Shown here: piece after piece, positions 42,421 to 64,000 of the stretch
Position numbering within the stretch: the stretch's first letter is position 1
Layout: each line of letters opens with the position of its first letter
Assembly (NCBI GenBank): GCA_964016885.1
Contig: OZ024740.1
Location: forward strand, 153,512,001 to 153,576,000
Direction: 5' to 3'
Length of the DNA: 64,000 nt
Origin: Eledone cirrhosa
Taxonomy: Eukaryota
Program-made: the position numbers and the translations under genes
Notes under the pieces: generated by a model
Databases searched by the model: none
What the model saw: only the letters and a program-made list of their open reading frames with translations
Told to the model about the DNA's origin: nothing

Positions 42421-42612
42421 GGGCGGTAGATTGGCAGAGGGTCAGACGCTATGCTTTGCAGCATAGTTACGGCTCTTTTCGGACTGAGTTCAAATCCCGC
42501 CGAGGTTAACTTTGTCTTTCATCCTTACGGGGGGGGGGGGGGGGATAAAATAAAGTACCAGTAATGCACTGGATAATTGCTGGCCTTGTGCCAAAAGTAA
42601 AAACAATAATAA
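42421..42612 (+). mobile_element. Nin/Deu-like SINE (short variant)
   Basis: Same head, core and tail, with the core G-run expanded. Confidence 0.85.
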
Positions 42613-43088
42613 CTTCTAGCAAAATTAGTAATATCAGATATTCGAAAAGGAGTTAAGAAAGGTAGAACAAACTGAAAGGGAAACAAAACAAAAAAGTATA
42701 AGGAGTGTATTCCTTTCAAAATATGATTCTCTCTCTTTCTCCATTCACTCAAACCTTTTTCTGGAGTTGAGTCATTATCTTTCCCTCCGTCCGCCATTCT
42801 GTCTATCTTTCATGGACCAAATGTAAAGAATACAGAATGAAACTTTAGTAATTTAGGTTTATACTTTAATGAACTGAAAACTAATACGAGCTTTTCATTT
42901 TATTGCCACCACACTCATACACACATATACTCACACGTACAAATACAATTAGGCACAGACATGGCTGTGTGTTTAAAAAGTTTCATCTTCATTGCTACTA
43001 CATATTGATTAAGTGACCTGTACTGTAACCTCGAGTTGGCCATTTGTTTTTTTTTATTGGAAGACAGAAACTGTCCAGGCAATCCTTG

Positions 43089-43122
<34 letters not shown>

Positions 43123-43127
43123 TATAT

Positions 43128-43320
43128 TGGCGGTGGATTGGCAGTATCGGTAGAGAGTCGGACACCATGCTTTGAAGCATAGAGTTACGTCCCTTTATGA
43201 TCTGAGTTCAAATCCCGCCGAAGTTAACTTTGCCTTTCATCCTTACGGGGTCGATAAAATAAAGTACCAGTAATGCACTGGGTAATTGCTGGCCTTGTGT
43301 CTAAAATATAAACAATTATT
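43128..43320 (+). mobile_element. Nin/Deu-like SINE (short variant)
   Basis: Same family; flanked on both sides by attattattatatatatatatattg. Confidence 0.85.
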
Positions 43321-43336
43321 ATTATTATATATATAT

Positions 43337-43657
43337 ATATTGAAAAAAGGAAAAGAATGACTTCACTTGTAGTTCTAAACAATTTAATATTATAATTTTA
43401 CAATTTGGTTTTGTAGATCTAGTAAGTTCATAGTTAATCGTTGGTGGGTATCAGTTTGACAATCGCCACCGACGAATGCGAGAAAGTTCTCCATGAAAGT
43501 TAACCAGGAATCTTTAAAAGGTCTCTCCCCACCGACGTTAACAAAGAACTTACTAGATCTACAAACCCAAATTGTAAAATTATATAAAATTAAATTGACA
43601 TTCTTTTCCTTTTTTTAAATATACCTAACTGTACCAAGGATTTCACACATTTTTCAA
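43337..43657 (+). mobile_element. Older fold-back element in (TA)n with a degenerate hammerhead-like motif
   Basis: Imperfect inverted arms ~43337-43448 / 43528-43624. The spacer holds ccgacga-atgcgagaa-ag-ttctccat-gaaa-gttaac. Confidence 0.55.
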
Positions 43658-43671
43658 TATATATATATATA

Positions 43672-43897
43672 TGGAAGGCACTCCGTCGGTTACGACGGCG
43701 AGTGTTCCAGTTGATCCGATTAACGGAAAATCCTGCTCGTGAAATTAACGTGCAAGTGGCTGAGCATTCCACAGAGATTCAGCGTGACAGGGCCGACTCT
43801 TCGAATTACAGGCACAACTCATTTTTGCAACGTCAAATAAAGTGTCTTGCTCAAGGACACAACGCGCCTTCGGGAATCGAACTCACGAACTTACCAT
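43672..43897 (-). mobile_element. tRNA-derived SINE
   Basis: B-box GAGTTCGATTCCC and the GTCCTTGAGCAAGACACTT core on the minus strand. Confidence 0.8.
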
Positions 43898-43943
43898 GTG
43901 TGTGTGCGTATTTTTGCGACAATACTGCCAATAAACGCCAGTA

Positions 43944-44051
43944 ATATAATTGTTTCTACTTTTGGCACAAGGCCAGCAATTACCCAGTGCATTACTGGTA
44001 CTTTATTTTATCGACTCCGTAAGGATGGAAGGCAACGTTAACCTCGGCGAG
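43944..44051 (-). mobile_element. Partial Nin/Deu-like SINE (short variant)
   Basis: Core and tail match. Confidence 0.75.
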
Positions 44052-44070
44052 ATAGTAATATAATGAATAA

Positions 44071-44109
<39 letters not shown>

Positions 44110-44872
44110 ATAGAAATTAATCAGAAGTAAAAAAAAAAAAGTAAAAGATGACATTCATGGTTAATTAATTACACGCTACAGCGGGGCAGTAATGATTTTT
44201 GTGGCACGTCAAAAGACTAGTGGCATTGCCGCGGTTGATAGCTATTCCAACGCGTTATCCTCGTTAAGTACCTTCACGAGCATCTAATAACTTCGCCAAG
44301 GCGAAACACTAACAAAAACCTCGTTGTCAGTAACCCAGTTCCCGGAACGTTTCGAACGCCACAGCCTGAGTAAAATAGTTTGACGATAATTTTATTGCCT
44401 TCAGCTGCGGATTTTATTTACTTATTTTTATAATCATCTTCTAACGTCTTAAAATAAGAATATGTTGGACAATGTTGTTCGGGGGTTCCCTGGACATAGG
44501 AAGGAGACAGGGTGGTAGCATCTGGAATGCCTTTGATTATAAGGTTTACTTAACGCTAGAATTAACAAAAACATTACATACACATACACATATATATATA
44601 TATATATACATGGTGGATTCAGCTGTTCGTCCAACTAAATTCCTACACGTAAAGTTAACGTGTGAGTGAGAGTATTCCACAGACACTGATATCCTTAACG
44701 TAATTCTTAGACCGTATCAACGCGACAAATGTACGACAAAGCTGGACTTTTGAATTACATGTACAATCCACAGAAAAATGGGAGGTGGTAGGGAAAGAGG
44801 TTGAGAGAAGGAAGAGGAGTGAGATATGGTTGAGAAAAAGAGAAAGATCGACTTAGTACTGAACAAGAAGGC

Positions 44873-45083
44873 AATGATTTCTACTATAGGCACAAGGCCA
44901 GCAATTTGGGGAGAGGGGAAAGTCGATTAAATCGACCCAGTGCATTACTGGTGCTTTATTTTATCGACCCCGTAAGGATGGAAGGCAAAGCAAACATTGG
45001 CGGGATTTGAACCCAGACCGTAAAGGGCCATAACACTATGCCGCAAAGTACATTATCCGACGCTTTACCGATTCAGCCAATCC
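44873..45083 (-). mobile_element. Nin/Deu-like SINE (long variant)
   Basis: Matches 38465-38684. Confidence 0.85.
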
Positions 45084-45908
45084 AAAGTGCATAATGCAAA
45101 GTTGATTTCGATGAAATTTGAACTCGGTATAGAGAGCCAGAACGAATTTCGCGAGAAAATTCTATCCAACGCTATAACCACAAACACATAAACACGGGTT
45201 CACCCGAAGTGTTGCCATGCTTGACGTTAATAAGAATTATTATAATTGTCCTTTTTTCGGTTCTATAATTTGACCTTAACATTTCTATTATATTCCACCA
45301 ATTGTCTTCATATCAGTTTTTTTGTTTTTTTACCAGCCTAATAGCTACTGTCTGCACCCGCCTCTCTCACCGTATATCTTGTCTGTGTGTATGTTAACCA
45401 GTACCCTCAGTAAAAAAAAAAAAAAAAAAGACGAAATTCCTTGTAACGTTATTATTAGTTGGAATGACATTTTAAATGCAATGTTGTCATACGACGAAAT
45501 AGCTAACTTCTCATTCCTATATGTAATTCAAGTCAAAGACGTCGTCGAGAATGAGTTCACTCTCTCTCTCTCTCTCACATACACAAACATGTGTGTGTAC
45601 ATACACACACAACTATACCCGTTAATGTAGGCGCTCACACACTATATATATTATATACATATACACCTACACACTAATATATATATATATCTACACACTC
45701 ACTCACACGGAGTCCCCGGCACCAACGTTCTCATCGTGACTCCTCTCGGATATTCTGTCATTTATTTGTGGTAACACTAGTTTCAATCTTTCAAAATATT
45801 TTCTAGTTTAACAAACAACTTCTGATTCTCAAGCCCCCTGTTGTTTGTTGTTTGGATTATTTTTTTGCGAAATAATAGAAAGATTTTGTGTAGACGCAAA
45901 ACAATTAT

Positions 45909-46315
45909 AATTCTTTCTAATATTGGCACACACAGCCAAGCGTTTGGAGGAAAGTGAAAGTCTTTTATACCGACCTTAGTACGTGACTGGTACTTATTTT
46001 ATTTACCCCAGAAAGAAGATAAAGTTGGCATCCGTGGTATTTGAACACGGAACATTAATAGTCACGATTGTATACTGTAGGATGCTTAATCGGGCGATCT
46101 AACAATTCTGCCAATCTAGGAAAGTACAACAAAAATAGTTTCTAATTTATGCATAAGGCCAGCAATTTGGAAGGAGTCAATTATATCGACCCCACTACTT
46201 GAATGGTACTTTATGTTGATCGTGGAAGTTGACCTCGGCGAGCTTGAATTCAGAACTTAAAGAGCTGTAACCAAATGCCACAAAGCATTTGTTGCATGCT
46301 ACCAATCAACGCCCT
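45909..46315 (-). mobile_element. Two tandem diverged Nin/Deu-like SINE copies
   Basis: Degenerate tail, core and B-box matches at ~45909-46115 and ~46136-46315. Confidence 0.6.
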
Positions 46316-48936
46316 CATTGGTTTCCAGTATAAACACAAGATCATGCCTTTTTTGTTATTTGAGGCCAGTATTTTTTGTAGAGACTCCATTGACTTCAAC
46401 CCAGAATATAAAGGGCCGAAACAGGCGTAAGAGTAGGTCCAAAGCTCCTAATTTTCATTCCATAGGGGCAATAGCATAGCTAATATATAATCGTTGGTTA
46501 AGGGTTAAATGTCCAAGTGTACCTGCTGATGGTGAGTTCATTTCTTGTGTTAGTCTTCTCGTAAAGGAGTTCATAACAATATTCAGCGTAACAGTGTATG
46601 ATTTAAGCTAGCCCTGGGGAGTAAGGCCAATTTTCCCATAAATATGCAGTTGATGACCACATTGAAATTGTGTTCGGAAGCTTTTTACTTAGACATAAGT
46701 CAACTAAATGGACATAAAATGTTTGAATTTGTCTGAAGTACAGAAAATAAATTGCTGTGAGGTGATATGTAAATTATGAGGTTCAGACCGTATGTAAATG
46801 AGGAAAGACAAATTCATTTCACATGTTTTTCTTATTTAACAATTCTTTAAAGTTGTTTCTACAAACAATACTACTTTAAGGTATAATAATTTTAAAACTG
46901 GGAAACTAAAGAGATTTAGAAGTTTCCTTTCAAATGCCGACAGTAACAAACACATTTGAAAAAATAGATAAAGCTGTAAATCTTCTGATTACAAATAAAG
47001 GACCCTCACCTACACACACGCACTCATACATACATGCATATCGAAATGCTTGCATTGGACTTATAGGTAAACAGTTCGAAAATTCATCTACGTGGCTTCT
47101 ACTTGAAAAATGGAAGCACAAACAATACATTACACCTCCAGGCATAATGAAGATTTTAGTGGGAGCTCACCGGCTAAAAATACCAGCCAAATATCACCTC
47201 AAACCATATAACCTACGCTTTCCTTTTTAAAACATGGAAATGGATATAGAAAAAAATAGAATGGCTTGTTTATGAGAGTTATATAAAAGCAGTCAATGAT
47301 TAATATTAGTATGCAAGGGCAGTGAATTAGCAGAATTCGGTAGAGCATTAGATAAAATGCCTTGAAGCATTAGGTTACAGACCTTTACATTCCGAGTTCA
47401 AATCCAGTTGAAGTCAACTTTGCTTTGCATCTACATAGTTTGAGATTAGCTCTTCGGGTTAACATAGCTGCAGATTTATAAAGATTAAAGTGAAATCCTA
47501 AACGCAAGGATTACCCCTTGCATCTTACCGAAGTCGATAAAATATAATATCAGTCAAATACAAATACTTCACGCACAAAAATTAGTGTTGTGCCAATGTA
47601 AGAGATGAAATGGCAGAGTCATTTGTAGTTGGGGAAAATATCTTTCGTTATTTATTCTTAATTCAAGCCCTGCCGAGGTCAACTTTGCCTTATTTCGGAT
47701 TCGATAAATATAGTGTCGATGCCCCACGTTTTATTGGCGAAATTGTTTGAGCATCGGACGAGATCCCTTGGGGTTTTCATTTCGGTTTTTACTTTCAAAT
47801 CCTTCTGTTGCCTATTTGGGTAATAGGTTTAATCGGTCGCCAGGACTAATACAAAAAACTGGATCTTGAGTACCTACAGTGGAGTCTTTTCTGTTGCAAA
47901 CATTCAGATTTAAGAATACCTCTCCAGCACCATTTCCACCCTGCTCAGATGCTCAGTCTATTTCATTATAAATATGGCAATGAAAGGGTTTAACACATGT
48001 ATGTATATGTTAGAGAGATATCGCGCTGGCTTTACACTGAAGAATTTTGTCAAATTAAAAACCATCACTCATCAAATCGATACTTATCTATTAGTTAACC
48101 TTCAATTGGTGGAATCACATCCTAGTACAAGTCATTAGCAACATGTTTAAGCTTTTGATCTCATGGTATTTCCTTGTAATAACAATTACATCCTCGACAT
48201 ATCACTTCCCTCAATTCAAACAAGATAGAGAAGCAAATAAAATCAATGGTGTAATAAATAAGACACCCTGCAGTAGAAACATAGTAATAATTGAGCCTGT
48301 CTTGAACAAACAATTAGTGTCAGCATGAAATATTAAATAAATAATTTATGAGTTAATGAAACGTATGTATGAAAAAATTGTTTTAATTAATCTTAATTAT
48401 ACAGAGGATTTGCGGCTTTAAGATACTGCACATGCCTGCCTAACAGCCACAACATCGTAATTTCGAATCTAATTAAAACCTTCTTTGACACTAAATTATA
48501 TATATGTGTGTTTATGGGGGAAGGAAGCTTTTCCTTTACACGTGTTGAATTAAAAACATGACTTTGTTCAAATTTTATATTTTTATTATTTGTTTCACAT
48601 TTTCGCAAGAGAATAAAATTACGTTTATAAAATTTTACAGTTTCCTGAAAAGGAAACGCACATATATATCCTGAAAAGGAAACTGAAAATGTATGTATGC
48701 ATGTATGCGTGCGTGCGTGCAAAAAGGGTAACCAGAAATATCAAACGGAACACTACATGGAAGGAATTCATAAGTTTAACTCTTGAAATAGCAATATATA
48801 TCTATATGGTACGTTAATACTCATCTTTTTCCATTTCTCCGAGGGTTCTTAACCCCACTATGAGGCTAAATAATTTTCTTTAGTCAAAATACGGCGATTT
48901 CAAACCAGCCCTCCGTTTCGGAAATATTCTTACTTG

Positions 48937-59849
<10,913 letters not shown>

Positions 59850-59850
<1 letters not shown>

Positions 59851-60074
59851 TATTAGGAACGATCGACTTTCGTCAAATCGGACCGAGGAAACAATGTTTC
59901 CGTTGGTCTTTCCAATTGCTAATACTATCTATCGGTCGCAACTCCAGGTAGAAGGAGCAACGTGAAATAAAGTGTCTTGCTCAAGGACATAACGCATCGC
60001 CCGGTCCAGGAATAGAACTCACATCCTCACGATTGCGAATCCAATTCTCTAACCACTCAGCCACACGCCTTCAC
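59850..60074 (-). mobile_element. tRNA-derived SINE inside the microsatellite array
   Basis: A-box TGGCTGAGTGG, B-box-like GAGTTCTATTCC and the GTCCTTGAGCAAGACACTT core. Confidence 0.8.
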
Positions 60075-60493
60075 TAATATGTATACATATATACACATAT
60101 ATATATATACATATATACACATATATATATATATACATATATACACATATATATATATATATATACATATATACACATATATATATATACACATATATAC
60201 ACATATATATATATACACATATATACACATATATATATATACACATATATACACATATATATATATACACATATATACACATATATATATATACACATAT
60301 ATACACATATATATATATACACATATATACACATATATATATATACACATATATACATATACACATATATACACATATATATATATACACATATATACAC
60401 ATATATATATATATACACATATATATATATACACATATATATACATACACATATATATACATATATACACATATACATATATACACATATATA

Positions 60494-62198
60494 TCATCAT
60501 CATCATCATCATCAACGTTTAACGTCCGTGTTCCACGCTTGCATGGGTTTGGACGGGGGTAGTCCCACTTGAGGCAAGAGTGATTGTCTTGCTCGCATAG
60601 GACTGTCTGGCAGATTTTCTACAGTTGGATGCCCTTCCTAACACCAACCACATTTACAGTGTGGGTCTGGGAGGTTTTTACCGTGTTGCCTACACGGCCA
60701 CATTACAGCGTGGACTGTGTGTTTTTTTGTCGTGACACCTACACGATCTCGTTTGTTTCGGCCTGGATGGCGCGGCACCAACATAACTTTACATGGAACG
60801 GGGTGGTGTGGATGGGGTGGGGGTGGTGGCGGGACGGGGTGTAGTTTGTTAGAGATGCCTACTGGCAAGGCGGGTCTTCTCTGTTACTGAGTACCGCCAA
60901 AGGTCACGGTCCAGTGACATTGTCTTGGAGAGGTGTAAGTGTATGAGGTCGGAGTTTATCAGCTCATCCCATGTTTTTCTAGGTCTGCCTATTCCGTGGC
61001 TACCGTCTATCTTTATTGCCCTGCACTTTGTAATACAGCTATCGACTTTCATGCGCATCACGTGTCCATACCAACGCAGCCTTCTCTCGAGTAAACAACA
61101 TCTGATCCCTCTTATCTCTAATTTTTTCCTTAGTTCGTTTATGCTTTGCCGTTCACGTATATTACTGTTACACATCCAGCGGAGCATGCAAGCTTCGTTC
61201 CTCTCTAGTCTGCGTATATCCTCTGCACACAATGCCCAGGTCTCACTACCATGCAACATTGCTGTTCGTATGCAGGCATCGTACAACCTGCCTTTCATTT
61301 TTAGGGAGAACCCTTTAGCAGCTAATAGTGGTATAAGCTCTCTGAACTTTTTCCAACCAGTTCTGACTCTAGCTACAGTACTTTCAGAGCACCCTCCCCC
61401 ACTGCTGATTTTATCGCCCAGGTAACGGAAGCTGTCCACTATTTCTATAGAACCCTCTGCGCAATTGAAAGAGCTAGTATTTTGTGGGCACTTGCTGCTA
61501 CTTATTGCACCAGAACATCGGCCACATGTAAAGTCTATGTTCTTAGTTAGCTTACCTGTGATCCCACTACATCTTTTATGCACCCATACTTTGCATTTAG
61601 GACATAAGATGGAGTTTCTACCTACGCCTTTCCTACATACCGAGCACGACCATTTCCCAGAAGGGACCGCCGCCTTGTTTTCTTTCCTACAAACTAGAAC
61701 TTTGGTCTTAGCCAGGTTAATTTTAAGTCCTTTTGACTCTAGGCCGTGCTTCCATGTTTGGAATTTCTTCTCTAGCTCGGCCATTGATTCCGCTATGAGT
61801 GTCAGGTCGTCTGCGTATAGGAGTTCCCATGGGCAGCCTGTCTTGAACTCCTCTGTTATAGCCTGAAGGGCAATAATAAATAGTAGGGGGCTGAGAACAG
61901 AGCCCTGATGGACGCCAACTTTTACGCTAAACTCTTCACTATATTCGTTGTTAATTCTAACCTTGCTGACTGTTACTTTATACATGGCTTGTATAGCCCT
62001 CACAAGCCATTCGTCAACGCCTAGTTTTCTAAGAGCCCACCAGATAATGGAGCGGGGGACTCTGTCGAAGGCTTTCTCCAGGTCGACAAAAGCTAAGTAG
62101 AGGGGTTTACCTTTAGCTAGGTACTTCTCCTGTAGTTGTCGTACTATGAAAAGAGCGTCTGTGGTGCTTTTGCCTGACACAAACCCGAACTGCATTTC
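60494..62198 (-). mobile_element. Young 5'-truncated RTE-clade LINE
   Basis: Uninterrupted RT reading frame, 3' UTR 60494-60848 and a (GAT)n tail. Both ends abut (AT)n/(AC)n arrays. Confidence 0.95.
60849..62198 (-). CDS. RTE reverse transcriptase, 5'-truncated (450 codons)
   Basis: [56 protein letters not shown]. The ORF-track extension to 62981 is microsatellite read-through. Confidence 0.93.
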   Translation of the reverse strand, partial: EMQFGFVSGKSTTDALFIVRQLQEKYLAKGKPLYLAFVDLEKAFDRVPRSIIWWALRKLGVDEWLVRAIQAMYKVTVSKVRINNEYSEEFSVKVGVHQGSVLSPLLFIIALQAITEEFKTGCPWELLYADDLTLIAESMAELEKKFQTWKHGLESKGLKINLAKTKVLVCRKENKAAVPSGKWSCSVCRKGVGRNSILCPKCKVWVHKRCSGITGKLTKNIDFTCGRCSGAISSSKCPQNTSSFNCAEGSIEIVDSFRYLGDKISSGGGCSESTVARVRTGWKKFRELIPLLAAKGFSLKMKGRLYDACIRTAMLHGSETWALCAEDIRRLERNEACMLRWMCNSNIRERQSINELRKKLEIRGIRCCLLERRLRWYGHVMRMKVDSCITKCRAIKIDGSHGIGRPRKTWDELINSDLIHLHLSKTMSLDRDLWRYSVTEKTRLASRHL

Positions 62199-62200
62199 AT

Positions 62201-62233
<33 letters not shown>

Positions 62234-62264
62234 CACATATATATATATATACATATACATATAT

Positions 62265-62315
<51 letters not shown>

Positions 62316-62937
62316 CACACATATATACACACATATATATATACATATATACACATATATATATATATACATATATACACATATATATATATATACATAT
62401 ATACACATATATATATACACATATATATACATATATACACATATATATATACATATATACACATATATATATATATACATATATACACATATATATATAT
62501 ATACATATATACACATATATATATATATACATATATACACATATATATATATATACATATATACACATATATATATATATACATATATACACATATATAT
62601 ATATATACATATATACACATATATATATATATATACATATATACACATATATATATACACATATATATATACATATATACACATATATATATACATATAT
62701 ACACATATATATATACATATATACACATATATACATATATACACATATATATACATATATACACATATATATACATATATACACATATATATACATATAT
62801 ACACATATATATACATATATACACATATATATATACATATATACACATATATATATACACATATACACATATACATATACACATATACACATATACATAT
62901 ACACATACATATACACATATACATATACACATATATA
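62199..62937. repeat. Compound (AT)n/(AC)n array
   Basis: Direct inspection; same unit type as 55800-60493. Confidence 0.97.
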
Positions 62938-63162
62938 ATTAGATCATACAAATATAACAAACGAGCGACAAGTACACGCATACTACATCGTGTAGATGAT
63001 ATTAAATTCGGTGTGAAGAGCTAAACTTGGTTATATAAATGAATTTCTTCGTTTAAAGAAATTATGACTCCTAATATTGGCACATAGCCATTTTCTCAAA
63101 TTATAGTCCAAGCGAAACCCTCAATGGAATACTTCTCCCATATCTAGGATGGTGTTGTTCCT

Positions 63163-63195
<33 letters not shown>

Positions 63196-63681
63196 CACAC
63201 ACAGATATCCTAGTTCAAAGATGGTGAATCTATTATATGGGCACGTGGGAGACATTATTTATTGTTAGTGATTAAAAACAAATCTGTAATATTTACCGGC
63301 TACCACTGAAAGGCTTAGTGATGTACTGCTTAATAATAAATAAAATATCAAAGAAATAAAAATGTTCATTAGCCACAATTGACCTTGTAGTCAAAGTGGC
63401 AATATATATATTACTTGAATCTCTGAGCTAATTAGTATTACCTATGCTAAACAATATTATCGAAGACTCTAAAGAAACATTTTTAACCCATTCGTCACCA
63501 TATTTCTAACAAAATGCTCTGTATTTCGTTAAGGTGGCATTTGTAACATTTTATGTCAAATTATCTTGAAAGGTTTTCAATTAAAATAGGACTTCTATAA
63601 AATAGGGTATTTTGTTTTATAAAACCAGAGACGGTTTTGAGAGAGTTAATATCAAAAGTGTCAATGCTATTATGGAAGACT

Positions 63682-63901
63682 CGAAGGCGGTTGATTGGCA
63701 GTATCGGTAGAGCGTCGGACTACCTGCTTCACGGCAGAGAGTTACGGCCCTTTCCGTTCTCAGTTCAAATCCCGCCGAGGTTAGCTTTGCCTTTCATCCT
63801 TACAGGGTCGATAAACTATAGTATCAGTAACGCACTGGGGTCGATTTAAACGATTTTCCCCTCCCACCAAAATTGCTGGCCTTGTGCCTAAGTAGAAATC
63901 A
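63682..63901 (+). mobile_element. Nin/Deu-like SINE (long variant) with a 15-bp TSD
   Basis: ctattatggaagact at 63667-63681 and 63902-63916. Confidence 0.92.
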
Positions 63902-64000
63902 CTATTATGGAAGACTAAACAAACATCTTTAAGAATCCTTTCAAACATTCTTTTCTCTTTATCTGTAATAAATATCAGAATCTGCTGTTCAAAAATTCTG

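Noticed and set aside
42527-42544. Long G homopolymer, possible G-quadruplex
   Set aside because: It is an expansion of the SINE's GGGG run, by slippage or sequencing error.
48853-48897. Possible decayed hammerhead (ctatga-ggctaaa...tttagtc-aaaa)
   Set aside because: Both core motifs deviate; it cannot be distinguished from chance without a family consensus.
62199-62981. N-terminal 260 aa of the 710-aa RT ORF
   Set aside because: Microsatellite read-through; RT similarity starts at EMQFGF (62198).

Overview
Eukaryotic, AT-rich, almost entirely repetitive DNA. The repeat families (tRNA-headed SINEs with Nin/Deu-like and V-like cores, RTE and Tx1 LINEs, Penelope, Helitrons, very long (AT)n/(AC)n arrays) suggest a coleoid cephalopod, probably an octopus; this is an inference. 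I cannot support any host protein-coding gene. All very long ORFs ([12 protein letters not shown]) are translations of stop-free microsatellite. The real coding sequence is all transposon-derived: a 450-codon 5'-truncated RTE RT (60849-62198, -), a Penelope RT-thumb/GIY-YIG fragment (21212-21932), a Tx1/L1 zinc-knuckle C-terminus (18455-19075) and decayed RTE/CR1 pieces. The most interesting signal is a set of six short fold-back elements, each set in (TA)n tracts and each carrying a whole, half or decayed type I hammerhead ribozyme motif. They include a 310-bp tandem retrozyme-like unit in inverted arrangement (11797-12630), a zero-spacer ~430-bp palindrome (8533-8967), two hairpins whose apex is hammerhead stem II (5071-5270, 22087-22273) and a Penelope copy with an inverted pLTR. 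Four of them share a GAGTRCTC palindrome about 37-47 nt from the 3' (TA)n junction. Other observations: an RTE with twin-priming-like 5' inversion, a SINE-LINE shared tail, a head-to-tail Helitron junction, and ~2.5-kb higher-order periodicity inside a microsatellite array next to a 200-N gap. All calls were made by eye; boundaries are approximate to within a few bases unless a junction is quoted.
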